A stretch of DNA of 64,000 nt from Minutocellus sp. GHC0000111 (GCA_977018835.1 OZ361260.1:4030001-4094000); one strand, 5' to 3'. Counted from the first letter of the stretch, positions 11,201 through 22,511 are shown. The notes: generated by a model from the sequence alone, not told the origin. Numbers and translations are program-made.

Positions 11201-12337
11201 TTATATCACGGTGGGCTTCTTTGTTCTTCTATTTCTACCGGTATTCTTTTTTGCCTCCTTGGCCTTCTTATGATCATCAGAAAGCCACACAGCGTGGAGG
11301 GACTGACGAATCTTTCCGCGCTTCACACCATATGCATCGGCAAGTTTATTGTCAGTGAGGGCAGGGTGAGCAGTTGGTTGTTTACTCCCATCCTCATATC
11401 CCAACTTATATGCATCTAATGCAATCTTGTCAGTAGATAATGCAATAGAGAATTCTATTGTCTTGTTATCACACAATCCGAGTTCTCTGCTTCTCCACCC
11501 TTTCGGGTAGGCACCACGACCCTCTCTTACTTGGCGATCGACTTCGATCATGCCTAGCACTGTGGTGACCGCGACCTCGCTACCCCAACCAGGAACTTGT
11601 TTGAAGGGGAGGTAGACCCCTTTCTCTTTTCTTCTTGGTTCGGGCCTCTGACTACATGTGGGTGACTTGTAGTTCTTTATATCTTGTGGTAGTGGTGCTT
11701 CTCCGTACGTCAAAAAGCACGCAAGCCTCCGATGTTCCTCAACCTCTCGTTCAATCTGTCGTTCGGTTGGTTCGGTTGGAGGCAAGGGCTCCAAGATGGT
11801 AGGGGATGACAATTGAAGGTTGCTGAACGACGGGCATGAGCGGCTTGGGGTAAGAGCATACTGAGTATGAACTGACATTGGACTTGTTACCATGGGCGTG
11901 GCGGAGGGAAGGTCGAATGAGCTCACGGGCTTTCTCCTCTCGCCGCTTGGCTTTGCGTCGGCGGTTGCTATGCTCATCTCTGAGAATGAATCATCTTCAT
12001 CAGAATGAGATGAAACGGTAGCGGTACCGCGAAAGTCGGCACGCAATATGTCATGATGCAAGTACTTCCTTGCTTGGGCTTGTTCGGCGGCGAAGCCATC
12101 CTCTTCGTTGTACTCGCGTCGATATTTCAACACACGAGGAGATGTGAGGTCTGACGATGCCGGTGGGACCCCTTGGTTGTCCTCCTCGTCATCGTTGTCC
12201 TTGTTCTCTCGATACCGCGGATGTTCCGGCGTTTCGTTGGAAGTTTCCTTCTCATGGCGCGAGGGGCTGAATGCAGTCGCCTCGGCGCGTTTCGGTGGAC
12301 GCGGTGGACTGAAGATGTGTCCCTTTGGAGTATCCAT
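11201..12337 (-). CDS. Transposon-borne ORF of unknown function (~378 aa from first ATG) with possible C-terminal helix-turn-helix and basic NLS-like tail
   Basis: Uninterrupted ORF inside the TIRs, convergent with the transposase; LTDNKLADAYGVKRGKIRQSL is HTH-like; tail KKAKEAKKNTGRNRRTKK. Confidence 0.65.
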   Translation of the reverse strand: MDTPKGHIFSPPRPPKRAEATAFSPSRHEKETSNETPEHPRYRENKDNDDEEDNQGVPPASSDLTSPRVLKYRREYNEEDGFAAEQAQARKYLHHDILRADFRGTATVSSHSDEDDSFSEMSIATADAKPSGERRKPVSSFDLPSATPMVTSPMSVHTQYALTPSRSCPSFSNLQLSSPTILEPLPPTEPTERQIEREVEEHRRLACFLTYGEAPLPQDIKNYKSPTCSQRPEPRRKEKGVYLPFKQVPGWGSEVAVTTVLGMIEVDRQVREGRGAYPKGWRSRELGLCDNKTIEFSIALSTDKIALDAYKLGYEDGSKQPTAHPALTDNKLADAYGVKRGKIRQSLHAVWLSDDHKKAKEAKKNTGRNRRTKKPTVI

Positions 12338-12746
12338 GAGTATGGAAGCTTCTTGAAGCGCCAGTCGGCAGAAGTTGCCCAGTCTATTTGTGAAAATTGC
12401 TTGGAGGTCGGTTGTTGACGGATGTGTTTTGATTTGCTTGCTTTGCCGCGTGTTTTTCAAGGTGCGCGCAAACCGCCGTGTCGGAAAGTCCAAAGACCCA
12501 AAAAACAAGGGTCCCCGAAATTGCTGTCCCGGACCTCGTATCCTTGGAGCATAGCACGCGGTTTGATTGCTTTTCTAATTTGCATCATTTTTACGTGGCG
12601 GAATTTTTGTCGGCGCCCTCGCCATTTTCTGCACTTGTTCCCACAGGTTTTCTGCTCGGTATCGTTGGGACTGCTTCACCGACGCCTTCAGATGTTGCAC
12701 GCGACGTAGCGAAGCCCCTACGTGTACCCACAGCCATCCCGAAGCC

Positions 12747-14162
12747 ATGGTAAGCGTCGTTCGCCCCAGTAGAGGCGGTGGCGCGGGCTTCTGCTCGGGC
12801 CTGACCATAATAAAGTTGTGCTGGGCGGCAGCCGCCATCCTCTTGGTGGCAATGCACCGGCACTTCTTGAGTTCGAGTTCTACTGGCGAGACCTACTACA
12901 GCGATGCGGACGATGCTTCCGCCAGTAGCAATGCCGAATCAGCATACTCCGATGCGTCTGAGTCTGGGAACGAAATGAGTGCATACAAAGCAAAGAATAG
13001 GAAATTCCACGAGAAGAAGAGGACGCCGCCAGAAAATGTCGTGCCGGTGCCCTATGGCACAGCGCCAGCATCAGCGGCGGCGCCGCCTCCACCACCACCA
13101 GCAAAAGAAGCTACCGCAGACAACAATAACGATAGTGATTGGTGCAGCCAGGTGAAAAAGGCTCGATCGGATCTCGACAAGGAGTTGCACATCACCGTGC
13201 CATGCGACACGATGAAACCAGCCAAGTCGGCCATCGTGTGCTACCTCACTGCAGGCGTGCCAGATGGTCAGGGCAACCACAAGGTATTCACCGGCACAGA
13301 TTACATCAACGGTGCGTTGGCCCTTGGTGCCAGTTTGCAAGATCACATCACGCGAGACGATGTCCACCAATTATTGCTGGTACGCGACGGGTTTAGTATA
13401 CCAGATGATAAGAAGGCCATGCTCGAAGCGGTGGGCTGGACGTTGGGCAAGGCACCCAAGGTGGAGGTCGATCAGAAGTACATACCGAGATACGAACGAT
13501 ACAAAACGTTGTATACCAAAATATCCGTCATTGGTCTCGCGGAGTACAATTGTGTGCTGCTTTTGGATGCCGATGCTTTGACGGTGGGCAACTTTGATGA
13601 TTTGATGAGCTGCAAAATATTGGAACCCAACTACCGAGTTGCCGGAACGCTGGACTACTACCACGGCCAGTGGTATCATTTCAACACGGGCAGTGCACTA
13701 TGGCGTCCCTCCTCTCAGGAGATGAATCGGGTCTATGGCATGACCAAGGATAGCAGCTGGATGAGACGCTTTGAGAGTGATCAAATCTTTACCAACACTG
13801 TGTATCAAGATCGGACCAACCGAACTCTCAATGCCATGATATTGAGCGGGGAGGTTGGCAAGGAAGCTTGGGGTCAGGTCGCCGATATGGGTTGGGCCTA
13901 CAATGCCCAAACGCATGTGGAAAATCAATTGTCGGATTACTGGGAGGAACATCTGAAAGAAGTGAAGATAATACACTTTACTCATGCCAAGGGCTGGCAA
14001 TGTCCAGAGCGACACGGTGGACCACCAGAGCCGAAGCAGACATTTCCACGAAATCCAGAAAGATGTAAAAATACACCAGGATGTGCGTGCAACGAGGGCT
14101 ACCGATGGTACGACTACCTGGATATTGCTCGAGAAAGAGCAAATGCAACGACCAAGCGATAG
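12747..14162 (+). CDS. Glycosyltransferase family 8 (glycogenin-like), type II membrane
   Basis: N-terminal TM; YTKISV..VLLLDAD (DxD), FNTG, SDQ, YNAQ, KIIHFT motifs. Confidence 0.85.
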   Translation: MVSVVRPSRGGGAGFCSGLTIIKLCWAAAAILLVAMHRHFLSSSSTGETYYSDADDASASSNAESAYSDASESGNEMSAYKAKNRKFHEKKRTPPENVVPVPYGTAPASAAAPPPPPPAKEATADNNNDSDWCSQVKKARSDLDKELHITVPCDTMKPAKSAIVCYLTAGVPDGQGNHKVFTGTDYINGALALGASLQDHITRDDVHQLLLVRDGFSIPDDKKAMLEAVGWTLGKAPKVEVDQKYIPRYERYKTLYTKISVIGLAEYNCVLLLDADALTVGNFDDLMSCKILEPNYRVAGTLDYYHGQWYHFNTGSALWRPSSQEMNRVYGMTKDSSWMRRFESDQIFTNTVYQDRTNRTLNAMILSGEVGKEAWGQVADMGWAYNAQTHVENQLSDYWEEHLKEVKIIHFTHAKGWQCPERHGGPPEPKQTFPRNPERCKNTPGCACNEGYRWYDYLDIARERANATTKR

Positions 14163-14267
14163 CTAACGCATAAATTGATAATCGAAAGTGACTAGTAGGA
14201 TCTATCCAAACCACGCTGCATATTTCTTTTCTATATTTGTCGTCTCAGCTATTTCATTTGTCAAAGT

Positions 14268-16570
14268 CTACGCAAGCCTCCTCCTTTTACCAGAATCTCC
14301 AGTGCTGTCATCCTCATCACGACCTCTCTTGCTTCCAAACGAGATGGACCCGGCAAGACCATACGCACTTCGTTTGATCTTCCCAAAGGTTCGACTGACA
14401 AGACCGCCCGACTTCTTACCATTCGTCACTCCAGCGCCATCTTCAGACGATCCATTTTTGCTACGCAGAAATTCGTCAAATGGCTCAACAGTCGCATCGG
14501 AGAAGGCCTTACGAACGGCTTCACCCATTATCTTTCCATCGGACTTCACCTTCTCGTAAAGTTCGGCCTCGGTCGCACATCCAAAAATTGCACATCCATC
14601 CTGAGGTGCTCGAGTGGAAACGAGAAATGTCGTGTCATCAATCCATGCGATATCGTAGGATGGTGAGTTAGAAACATCTCTGAGAGCATTTCTCATGCGA
14701 AAGTGGATGTCACCGTTCCTAATCGAGCCATCAATACGCGATACCCGGAAGGATGCTTCGGCAAGCATGCCATGTGAAAATTATCAGCGTCACCACTCTT
14801 TTCAAGGTCAATAGTGTAAAGCGTCTGCATCAGATACAACTTGTTACGCCCAAAGAATCGTTTCGAAGGGCACCACTTTCCGTCGGTATTGGATGTGTTA
14901 TCGAGCAAGAAGTGGAGACTTCCATATCCAGCAGAAGGGACATCGGGGACACCCTCATCCCAACTATTTTTTATAGGATGACGAGCGCATGATGCGGCGC
15001 GACAATTCTTGAAAGACTGCACCCGTCATGAAAGCATCGTAGGCAGCCTCGTGCATTTGGTCAGGATCTTCCGCACTTTCTCCTCCAACGACTTCATAAC
15101 GAATTGGCATATCGGTGTCTTCATCGGCCCCGGGTTCGTTGATTGATTCATGAACACAGACTCGATTGTAAAGTTCTCCAAGAGCAGTATTGCTAAACCT
15201 CGTGCTGCCGTCGCTGCACTCACTCGACAAGATCTTGGTATCATAAACATTGGGAAAGTAACCATGGATGAGCTTCTTCACCTCGCTATAGTTCTCGGGA
15301 AGTTTCTGGGAGTGACAGTGAGTCAATAGAAAGAGTAGATCCATGAGGCCATTGTGAACAATAATGGGTACAGCTCGGGAATTAGGCTTGCCGACCTTTG
15401 TTTTCATTGAATCTTTACTGAAATAACCCGCCGCTTCACCGTCCGCTTCAATCTTGGCAACATCGTAACTGAAATAGCGAAGACGCCCAGCTTGCTTGCT
15501 GAAGCGAGACAATCGTTCTGACTCTCCATCGGCGGTGATTAGGACGCGTCCATCCTCATCTCTGACCAGCTCTCCTTTGCAAGCAGCACTCAGTGCACGG
15601 AACACATCCTTAAAGCCAATGTGATCACGATGCAAGGCATTCCATTCCTCGTATTTGAGGCGCTCCTCCCTCTCAGCCTTCTCCTCGTCGTTCAATCGCA
15701 AAACACGGATGCGATTGCCATCGGCCTTCTCCAGGATTAGGGAGGGATATTCCTCACCGATGCTCTCGTACAGAGCGCGGCGGAGAAATGCGTTGCAGGG
15801 AGGTAAAAGCAACGACTTGCCCTCCTCCTTTTCCTTGCGCTCACGCTTGGCAACCTCATCCTCATCGTTGTCGACGGGACCAGTCCTGGCCCCAGGACGA
15901 ATCGCAGAATCAAGCCACTCTCTCAAGCTGGCCATTGTCCGAGCCTGGAAAGCAACATCTTCGGCACGATTGAGCTGAACCTTTCCCTTACGGGGAGTCT
16001 GACTCGGGGAACCAAGGCCATTGGCACTCTTATTCAGCTTGCGCTCTTCCTCCAACTTTTCGTGCTTCTCCTTGAACTTTTCGAGGAGCTCCTGAGCTCG
16101 ATCGACGGTCACGTACGGCACTCCCTCCTTCAGCCACTTATTGTAGTCCATATTGTGCGAAGTCAGGAACTGCACAGTCCCAGGATTGAGCACAACCTCC
16201 CTTGTATGGGCATCGTTATGTGATGGCGGACTAAAGAGATAAAAGTTGTACTTGCGCACATGAAACTCAACTGGCATATCGTCGACTGATCGGTCCTCAT
16301 CGGGCAAAGCCATCCACCGACGGTACGCGGGATTCTCGTGAAAGAGCGCCACGCCGGCCTGAATGATGGAGTATCTCTCGGGCACGGCCTTGTTGAGGGC
16401 ATACCTAGGTACCGCTCCGCGGGCGTGTGCTCCTTGGATGGACGGCCCTGCGCCGATGGCAGGCTGATGCCCGTCATTTCAAGGTCGATGGCGGCATATG
16501 CTGCAGAGGGTAGGTGCTTGATGCAATCCCGAGACTTATCGATGAAATTCTTCTTCGTTACGTTCACCAT
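14268..16570 (-). CDS. PARN: Poly(A)-specific ribonuclease PARN (CAF1-family DEDDh, R3H insert), interrupted by three frame breaks
   Basis: AIDLEMTG, YSIIQAG, YNFYLF, R3H-like CNAFLRRALYE, IIVHNGLMDL, YDTK, HEAAYDAFMTG; breaks at ~16405 (8-bp insertion), ~14968 and ~14778 (homopolymers). Confidence 0.88.
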
Positions 16571-16999
16571 GATTGCCAGTGCTACCAGAGCAAATGATAT
16601 CACCCGCCTTTGCTTTGCATGGATGGCACCGACTGTGGCGGACCGCGACCCGCCACACGCCGCCGCCGCCGCACCACTGCAATGCCGGTCGGTAGCGGTC
16701 GGTGTCAGACGGACGACGGACATACGATAAAAAATGAGATATTGCAAGTCAACCCACCAAGCGCAGCAGCATGAAGTCAGTTCAAAGGAAAAGGACCAAA
16801 CCCTCTCACTACACAACAAAAAGAATGACAGCAATAAAATGAAAAACAACGTACAGATCTTCCTACATGTACACGTACCGGTACATTGTACCAGAATTTT
16901 TGTCAAGTTTTGAGAAGAGAAATGTTTGAGAGCGCTCTTATCTTCCTTCCTTGCCTGACGACCGACGACGAAGACCATTTATTTTCAGCACTGCATCTC

Positions 17000-18103
17000 T
17001 CAATTGGGAATACGAGCAAACATGTAAACAGTGCCGTTCTGGCTCTTGGCACAACGCATGTTGCTGTCCATATAGAGCACATCCACCCATGCCGCCATCG
17101 GTCTATGAAGGGTGAAACTGATGGTACCATCGTCGTCCATACCACCGCATTCCTCCGGGGGATGGGCACCAAGCGCCACCTTGGCCATCGTGACACGGGC
17201 TCGGCTGGAAATCTTGCGACGGTTTTGATGCGCCTCGCCGAAGATGGTCTTCCAATGTTCCAGATCAAAGTCGTCGTTGCACTCCAAGCTACCGCCGGTA
17301 AACCACACTCGTAATCGATTCGAGTGACCTGGGTCGGGAAGACAGTAGCCAAAGCTCGTCATGATTCCCTTGATGGGAAAACTGATGTTTTGGTTCGAGC
17401 ACGATGCGCCGAGCTTCTCGTCCTTGGCCTCAATTGTAAATGCAGTGATGATATTGTAGGTACGAAGGACGGTATCTCCGGCCTTGATTTCCTTGGACAG
17501 GCTCTTGGGGACGGCATCCACCAGCTCGTCTCGTTCTCGTAGGGGAATGGTTTCAATCTGATTGAAACTGCCCTGGATACTGCACACCAAGTCCGTTGGA
17601 CAAAACATATCCCACGCCATCCTACCAAGTGAGTACAGATATTCACCGTGAGAGTTCTGACCCAGACATCCCTGAAAATTCGGTTTGGAGAGTGTTATCC
17701 ACGTTCCTTCCAGTACGGGCTTGTCGGTAGACATACCGCCGAGGTTGGGATCTTCTCTGGCATCCCAGTTGGCAAGGGTGTGCAGATCGATCAAATCCTT
17801 CAATGTCGAACGGAAGCCAGCGGCATGCGTATCACCATGATCCACCGCCAGCTCATGCAGGAGGTTCATCTTGGTCTGCTGGGCCGAGGCGCTGATGGGC
17901 GACCGAGCATTTTGCGCCTCCAGGATGTGATGCAGGTAGGATTCCTCATCATCGACGGAGAGTTTGCACTGCGATGCCACGAGATGGTAGCGATTGCGTC
18001 GCCATCTCTTTTCTCGAAGCTTTTCCTGGGCGGCGGTACCCTTCGCATGTTGCTTTTTCGCCTTGGTGTGTGGGAAGGATGGGGTGATTATTTTGGTCGA
18101 CAT
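17000..18103 (-). CDS. Conserved hypothetical protein, possibly PAP/fibrillin-like beta-barrel
   Basis: 367-aa ORF; LEGTW near the domain start and DVLYMDSNMRCAK..GTVYMFAR at the end resemble fibrillin/lipocalin motifs. Confidence 0.6.
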   Translation of the reverse strand: MSTKIITPSFPHTKAKKQHAKGTAAQEKLREKRWRRNRYHLVASQCKLSVDDEESYLHHILEAQNARSPISASAQQTKMNLLHELAVDHGDTHAAGFRSTLKDLIDLHTLANWDAREDPNLGGMSTDKPVLEGTWITLSKPNFQGCLGQNSHGEYLYSLGRMAWDMFCPTDLVCSIQGSFNQIETIPLRERDELVDAVPKSLSKEIKAGDTVLRTYNIITAFTIEAKDEKLGASCSNQNISFPIKGIMTSFGYCLPDPGHSNRLRVWFTGGSLECNDDFDLEHWKTIFGEAHQNRRKISSRARVTMAKVALGAHPPEECGGMDDDGTISFTLHRPMAAWVDVLYMDSNMRCAKSQNGTVYMFARIPN

Positions 18104-18444
18104 GGTTGATGATCACGTCTCGCTGGGCTCGCGTTACCGCGCATTCATTGGCTATGTCCAGGGCAACCCTGCTGCGATGCTAGCTTGCCTGTATTGATTT
18201 TTTTTTATACCGCGGGCGTTACCGGCAATTGATGGCGACGAATGAGGAGACATCAACCTCATTTTCGGCTAAATTCATGCGTTCAGCATGCGACCGATCC
18301 ACGCCACTCCTTGAAAGTGCGACGTCTGGCCGCCCCCGAGAAACAAACACGTCGACACGTCACAGGCATTGGCAGCCGCAGCGAAGGCAAATTCAATTCA
18401 ATTGTTCCATATTCTCGTGTGAAGGAAAACGTAGTTGCACCATC

Positions 18445-19197
18445 ATGAAGCTCCTTGTCGTTGCTCTTACCCTGGCGGCCGCAAGCCCGGCCTCAGCCTT
18501 TCATGTTGTCCAGCAGCCCTCGGCACGATCTCCGTCCAGCACGTCCCTGGACATGTCGTCCTTCCACACCACCTCGGCCTTCAACGAGCTTTCGACCGAT
18601 CTCCGTCCCGATGATATTCTGGGCGCCCTGAGCACCCTCGAGGGTCCCAGTATCTGCTGGGGCCACTTTGCGCGGCTGGAAAACAAGAAGGAGACGGACA
18701 TTAAGGAGTACGATAACTTCGACTGGTTCCTCAACGCTATTGACCAAGCCGAATGCACTAAGATTCTCCGTGGGAACGGACCCTTCACAATCTTTGCCCT
18801 GACCAACAGTGCCATGCAGAAGTACGACGGTGTCATCACTGAGGAGATCATCAAGACGCACATCATCCCGCAGGATCTCTTCACGGATGAGCTGACGGGA
18901 ACGTTCGAAACCCTAAGCGGTCACACCCTCACTTGCAAGAGCCAGTTCCGTAAACTGTACGTCGATGAAGCCCTCATTGGCCAGCTGGATAATCATTCCG
19001 GCGGAACGCCGTACCCCACCAACGTCATCACTGAGAACGGCATCATTCACACCATCAACACCATCCTCAAGCCCGGCTGGAGCCCGGCGGTGGCGGATTC
19101 CCAGGCCGTGCAGGGCCTTTCCCTGCAATCCCATTTGAATCAGGATGTGCTCAAAGAACGAGGTGCGCTCCCGGAGGATGCCAAGTCCAAATTCTAG
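18445..19197 (+). CDS. Fasciclin (FAS1) domain protein, plastid-targeting ASAF presequence
   Basis: MKLLVVALTLAAASPASAF; GPFTIFALTNSA and NGIIHTINTIL are the FAS1 H1/H2 motifs. Confidence 0.85.
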   Translation: MKLLVVALTLAAASPASAFHVVQQPSARSPSSTSLDMSSFHTTSAFNELSTDLRPDDILGALSTLEGPSICWGHFARLENKKETDIKEYDNFDWFLNAIDQAECTKILRGNGPFTIFALTNSAMQKYDGVITEEIIKTHIIPQDLFTDELTGTFETLSGHTLTCKSQFRKLYVDEALIGQLDNHSGGTPYPTNVITENGIIHTINTILKPGWSPAVADSQAVQGLSLQSHLNQDVLKERGALPEDAKSKF

Positions 19198-19534
19198 ATT
19201 GGCATTGGGTTGGGTTCCGTACTATTGAGAGAATTTTATTTGACTTGGTGCATTACTATTGGCATGGCAAGAAAGTTGAGTCGCAGGATTGGGGGAGTGA
19301 TCATATCACTCCAATTGGATAGGATCTACTTGCTTAGTTTAATGAGAGAAGATAATCTAGACCGCAAATTGGGTGAATCGCAACATGATTGTTCTACTAA
19401 CTCAACTCCTATCGGTATGGTATTAGAGTTGGGGCTTGGGGGCGCGAAAATATATTTTTCATATATTTTCAAAATGCCGGTACTGCTGCAAACCCCATTA
19501 TTGCTCTCTCATCTACATGTAAGCCGCTCAACGT

Positions 19535-20581
19535 TTATTGAGGCTGAAAATGCTCTTTGATAACTTTGCCATGAACGTTCCATCCCTCATCGAATGTAAT
19601 CGTTCTCTTCTTGTGCTTTTTCTTTCTCCTCAAAGATCTCGGAGCGTCTCTTTCTTCTCCATCGGCATCCTCCTCATCGCCATCATCTTCCACCTCCTAA
19701 TACGTATAGGTGAGCTGCCACACCTGTCCAAGAGTGCAAATAAATGAATGAAAGATAAGTTGTTAGGATTTTTCCTTAACGGTGAATTATGGCAATGTCA
19801 ATAGGAAGGTATCGCATACTAGTATATACTCAATCTGACAACTCACCTTATCAAAGTCACGTTTTTTGTGCCTGTCAGGACATCCTTGCTCGGTACCACA
19901 CCCAAGGGCCTGGGCCAAAGTTGCCATTCGTTGGACCTTCCAACTAACAACAACTGACTTGTCGCAATAAACTCCAGAACCCAAATCACCAAAGTATTCA
20001 AGTGCGAGCTGCCGTTCTCCACCATCAGAGAATGAGGAATCGATGCCAGCTTCTGACTTGTCCGCCAGCGGGGTTAGCGTTTCGATTTCACAATAATTTA
20101 AATGGTTGTCCTCCTCAAGCACGCCCTCGCGATCCCTCTTCATAGCGTACAGCTTGCTAGGCAAAGGCCATCTCGCACCATCTCCAAACAGAGAGGGAAT
20201 GTAATCGGCGCGTGCCAGGCCAGTAGCGGAGCAGTGCTGATTGCCTTCTTCATCAAGGACCTCTGCATCTTCAGCAGTCGTAAACTCGCAGTGCCTCATG
20301 ATGATCAGCGTGGATTGACACCCCGATTTCACAGCTCCAGGAGCAGTCGCCTCGTTGAGCAGATCGATCTGCTTTTCAGCCGACATGTTGTCCAGTGAAT
20401 CGGCAGTAAAGACGAAGTAAATGAACACACCAACAGCAGCGGCCATTAGAAAGTAGCATATGTTTGTGGCATTGCAACAACTCTTTTTCTTGCGCACGCC
20501 AATGTCGAGGCTGTACTCTTCGCCCATACCATCGAGCAGGCCCGCGCGTTCACCAATTTTGAGGATGCCACGGCTGACCAT
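19535..20581 (-). CDS. Histidine-phosphatase (PGAM-like) type II membrane protein; intron 19724-19846; exon 2 carries an in-frame TAG
   Basis: TM helix, LIIMRHCE motif, GLARA, ETLTPL, VVVSW; GTGAGT..ACAG intron resumes VWQLTYTY. Confidence 0.7.
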
Positions 20582-20935
20582 GTTGATTGATTGCGCGGTT
20601 TGCCAATTGAATTGAAGATCTTTTGTGCCCTCGAGGCCTTCTTATTTTTACTTTGGATCTGTTCGTGATATTTTGCGAGAAAGAAAAAGATACGACAGAG
20701 ATGATTTCCCTACTCTGACGGTCTTCTAACGTTTGTATCACTTTCAATAAAGATATCTGCCTTTGGGTGTTGAATGTGCCACCCCTGATCCGGTCTTCGG
20801 CTTCGGGTTGGCACTTTCGCTTTCGATGACAGGCAAAATCTTTTCGCGCGCGGTTACCGGAGAACTGACGACGTACGTACGGATCCCCTCATTTTCAGTT
20901 GCACTTGCTTTTACTTGCGTAGCTCAGGATCAACC

Positions 20936-21976
20936 ATGACGATCGGATCGTTTCTCTTTTTGAACCCACGGTTGGTCCAGCAATGGCCCAATCAACAAGA
21001 TGCTGTGTGTTATCTTGCCTATAATGACGAACCAGAAGTATTCTGCCGAGACATCCCTCCCAACCGCTGGACTTTCCTCGGGACGTGGTTCCTTTCGCCC
21101 GAGCGTCATTTTTGGGAATGGGTTTGCTTTGTGTGTGTCGGTGGGTTGATATTGAAATGTATTGGTCCAAGACTGAGTGGCCACAGTTCATTAGATAGTG
21201 GATCTCAGCGAGGTGCATCTCGTGACCAGCTCTTTCAACCCAAACGATGGATGCAAATGTCAACTTTGCTGTTCTACCCATACGTCGCCTGGACCAAGCT
21301 GCATTGGAGCAATTCCAATTATCCCATGAGGTGGCTTTTATTTATCGGTATGCCCGTCGGAACGCTATGGATACTGTCGGCATTGTTCACGATCGTGCTA
21401 CCATGTGTGTCAGTGTCAGCCCCGAAACGATATTACATGTTGCAACTTTGGCTTTCATTCGTACCATCGTTGTTTCCTTTGTTTGAGGCATTGTTCGCAC
21501 AAGTCTCTTATTTTTTGTCGCATGGTGGCAAGGATATCTGGGAGACTGTATACAATTTGATGTACATATCTCATGTGATTTGTTTGGGCTTAGTGCCTGC
21601 GTATTATGTCATTGTCGAAGGACAACTGAGTATGATGCCTCTAAGACAAAAGAACGCCAATGCACTTCGCTCTATGTTATCAGGTCCTCTTGAATGGCTT
21701 CAATGGCAAATGGTTGGAAATGCGTGGGCGTGTTTATACTATATTGGTATAATGGCCCCACTATCGCTTTATGCCGGGCTGAGTGTTAATGAAATGGTCA
21801 CGCCAGGTCATCCAAACGCCGACCCTAACTTTCGTATATGGAACATGCTCAGATGGTTTAGTTATGGCTGCCTGTTGCGAGGCGTTATTTGTTTGTTGGA
21901 ATTTTTACTATCCGTTTTGGCAAAGACAACAAATGCACTTCCCGCGAGACGAAGAGAAGAGAAGCGCAAGCAATAG
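20936..21976 (+). CDS. Multi-pass membrane protein, TMEM164-like
   Basis: WFLSPERHFWE motif, ~6-7 hydrophobic helices, PLSLYAGLSVNEM. Confidence 0.6.
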   Translation: MTIGSFLFLNPRLVQQWPNQQDAVCYLAYNDEPEVFCRDIPPNRWTFLGTWFLSPERHFWEWVCFVCVGGLILKCIGPRLSGHSSLDSGSQRGASRDQLFQPKRWMQMSTLLFYPYVAWTKLHWSNSNYPMRWLLFIGMPVGTLWILSALFTIVLPCVSVSAPKRYYMLQLWLSFVPSLFPLFEALFAQVSYFLSHGGKDIWETVYNLMYISHVICLGLVPAYYVIVEGQLSMMPLRQKNANALRSMLSGPLEWLQWQMVGNAWACLYYIGIMAPLSLYAGLSVNEMVTPGHPNADPNFRIWNMLRWFSYGCLLRGVICLLEFLLSVLAKTTNALPARRREEKRKQ

Positions 21977-22187
21977 GGTCTGTAACGTATCGGAATTCAG
22001 CTTGGGTACTGAGCTTATGATTGACACTGTGTTGGCAAAACTAGAGAAATTGTGGTGACATGACAGGAATCCCGACTGTAGCCCCCCGTCATTTACTACC
22101 ACTCAATGATACAGGACCTACATGGCCTCTGGAGCAGCCCGCCGAATCATCCTTCTCACCGAACGTAGCATCGAGCAGAGCCTGAAA

Positions 22188-22511
22188 ATGTCGACCTCAC
22201 TCAATCCTGGTGTTGCTTTGAAGATGACAGGCCCTCGAATCGGCAAAGATGAAGGGCCAGAGGAAACGCCTGGTCCCCACGCCTATAATACAGGGAGGCA
22301 ACTGACTGAAAGGGAGAAGGTAAGACGATGCGGTAGGTCCGCTTCATGTGTCATTTCGCACAAGCACGTTTCTGACATTGATACTCGTCTCTTTATTTCT
22401 TTTTTTGTTTTCACACACCAGACTCAGAATGAGAGGTTGAGCAATCGATATACGAAGAAGACAAAGATCGCTGTCTCCGATAAGCTCACCAATGATACAC
22501 GAGTTAGCTAG
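22188..22511 (+). CDS. Possible small protein with one PGPxxY (SHIPPO/ODF3-like) motif; putative intron 22320-22421
   Basis: TPGPHAYN motif; GTAAGA...polypyrimidine...CCAG intron of 102 nt. Confidence 0.35.
   Translation: MSTSLNPGVALKMTGPRIGKDEGPEETPGPHAYNTGRQLTEREKVRRCGRSASCVISHKHVSDIDTRLFISFFVFTHQTQNERLSNRYTKKTKIAVSDKLTNDTRVS

Larger units (their letters stand above)
8518..12538 (+). mobile_element. Tc1/mariner (IS630-Tc1-mariner) DNA transposon, 4021 bp, with cargo ORF
   Basis: TA at 8516-8517 and 12539-12540; TIRs CGAGGTCGCGGACAGCAGTTTCAGGGACCC (left) vs reverse complement of right end CGAGGTCCGGGACAGCAATTTCGGGGACCC (26/30 identical, similarity extends to GGGTCTTTGG, ~47 bp); internal DDD transposase. 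Confidence 0.92.

Noticed and set aside
11201..12508. Cargo ORF as a Fanzor/TnpB RNA-guided nuclease (these can ride in mariner elements)
   Set aside because: No RuvC D-E-D motifs, no CxxC zinc finger and no RDxN motif visible
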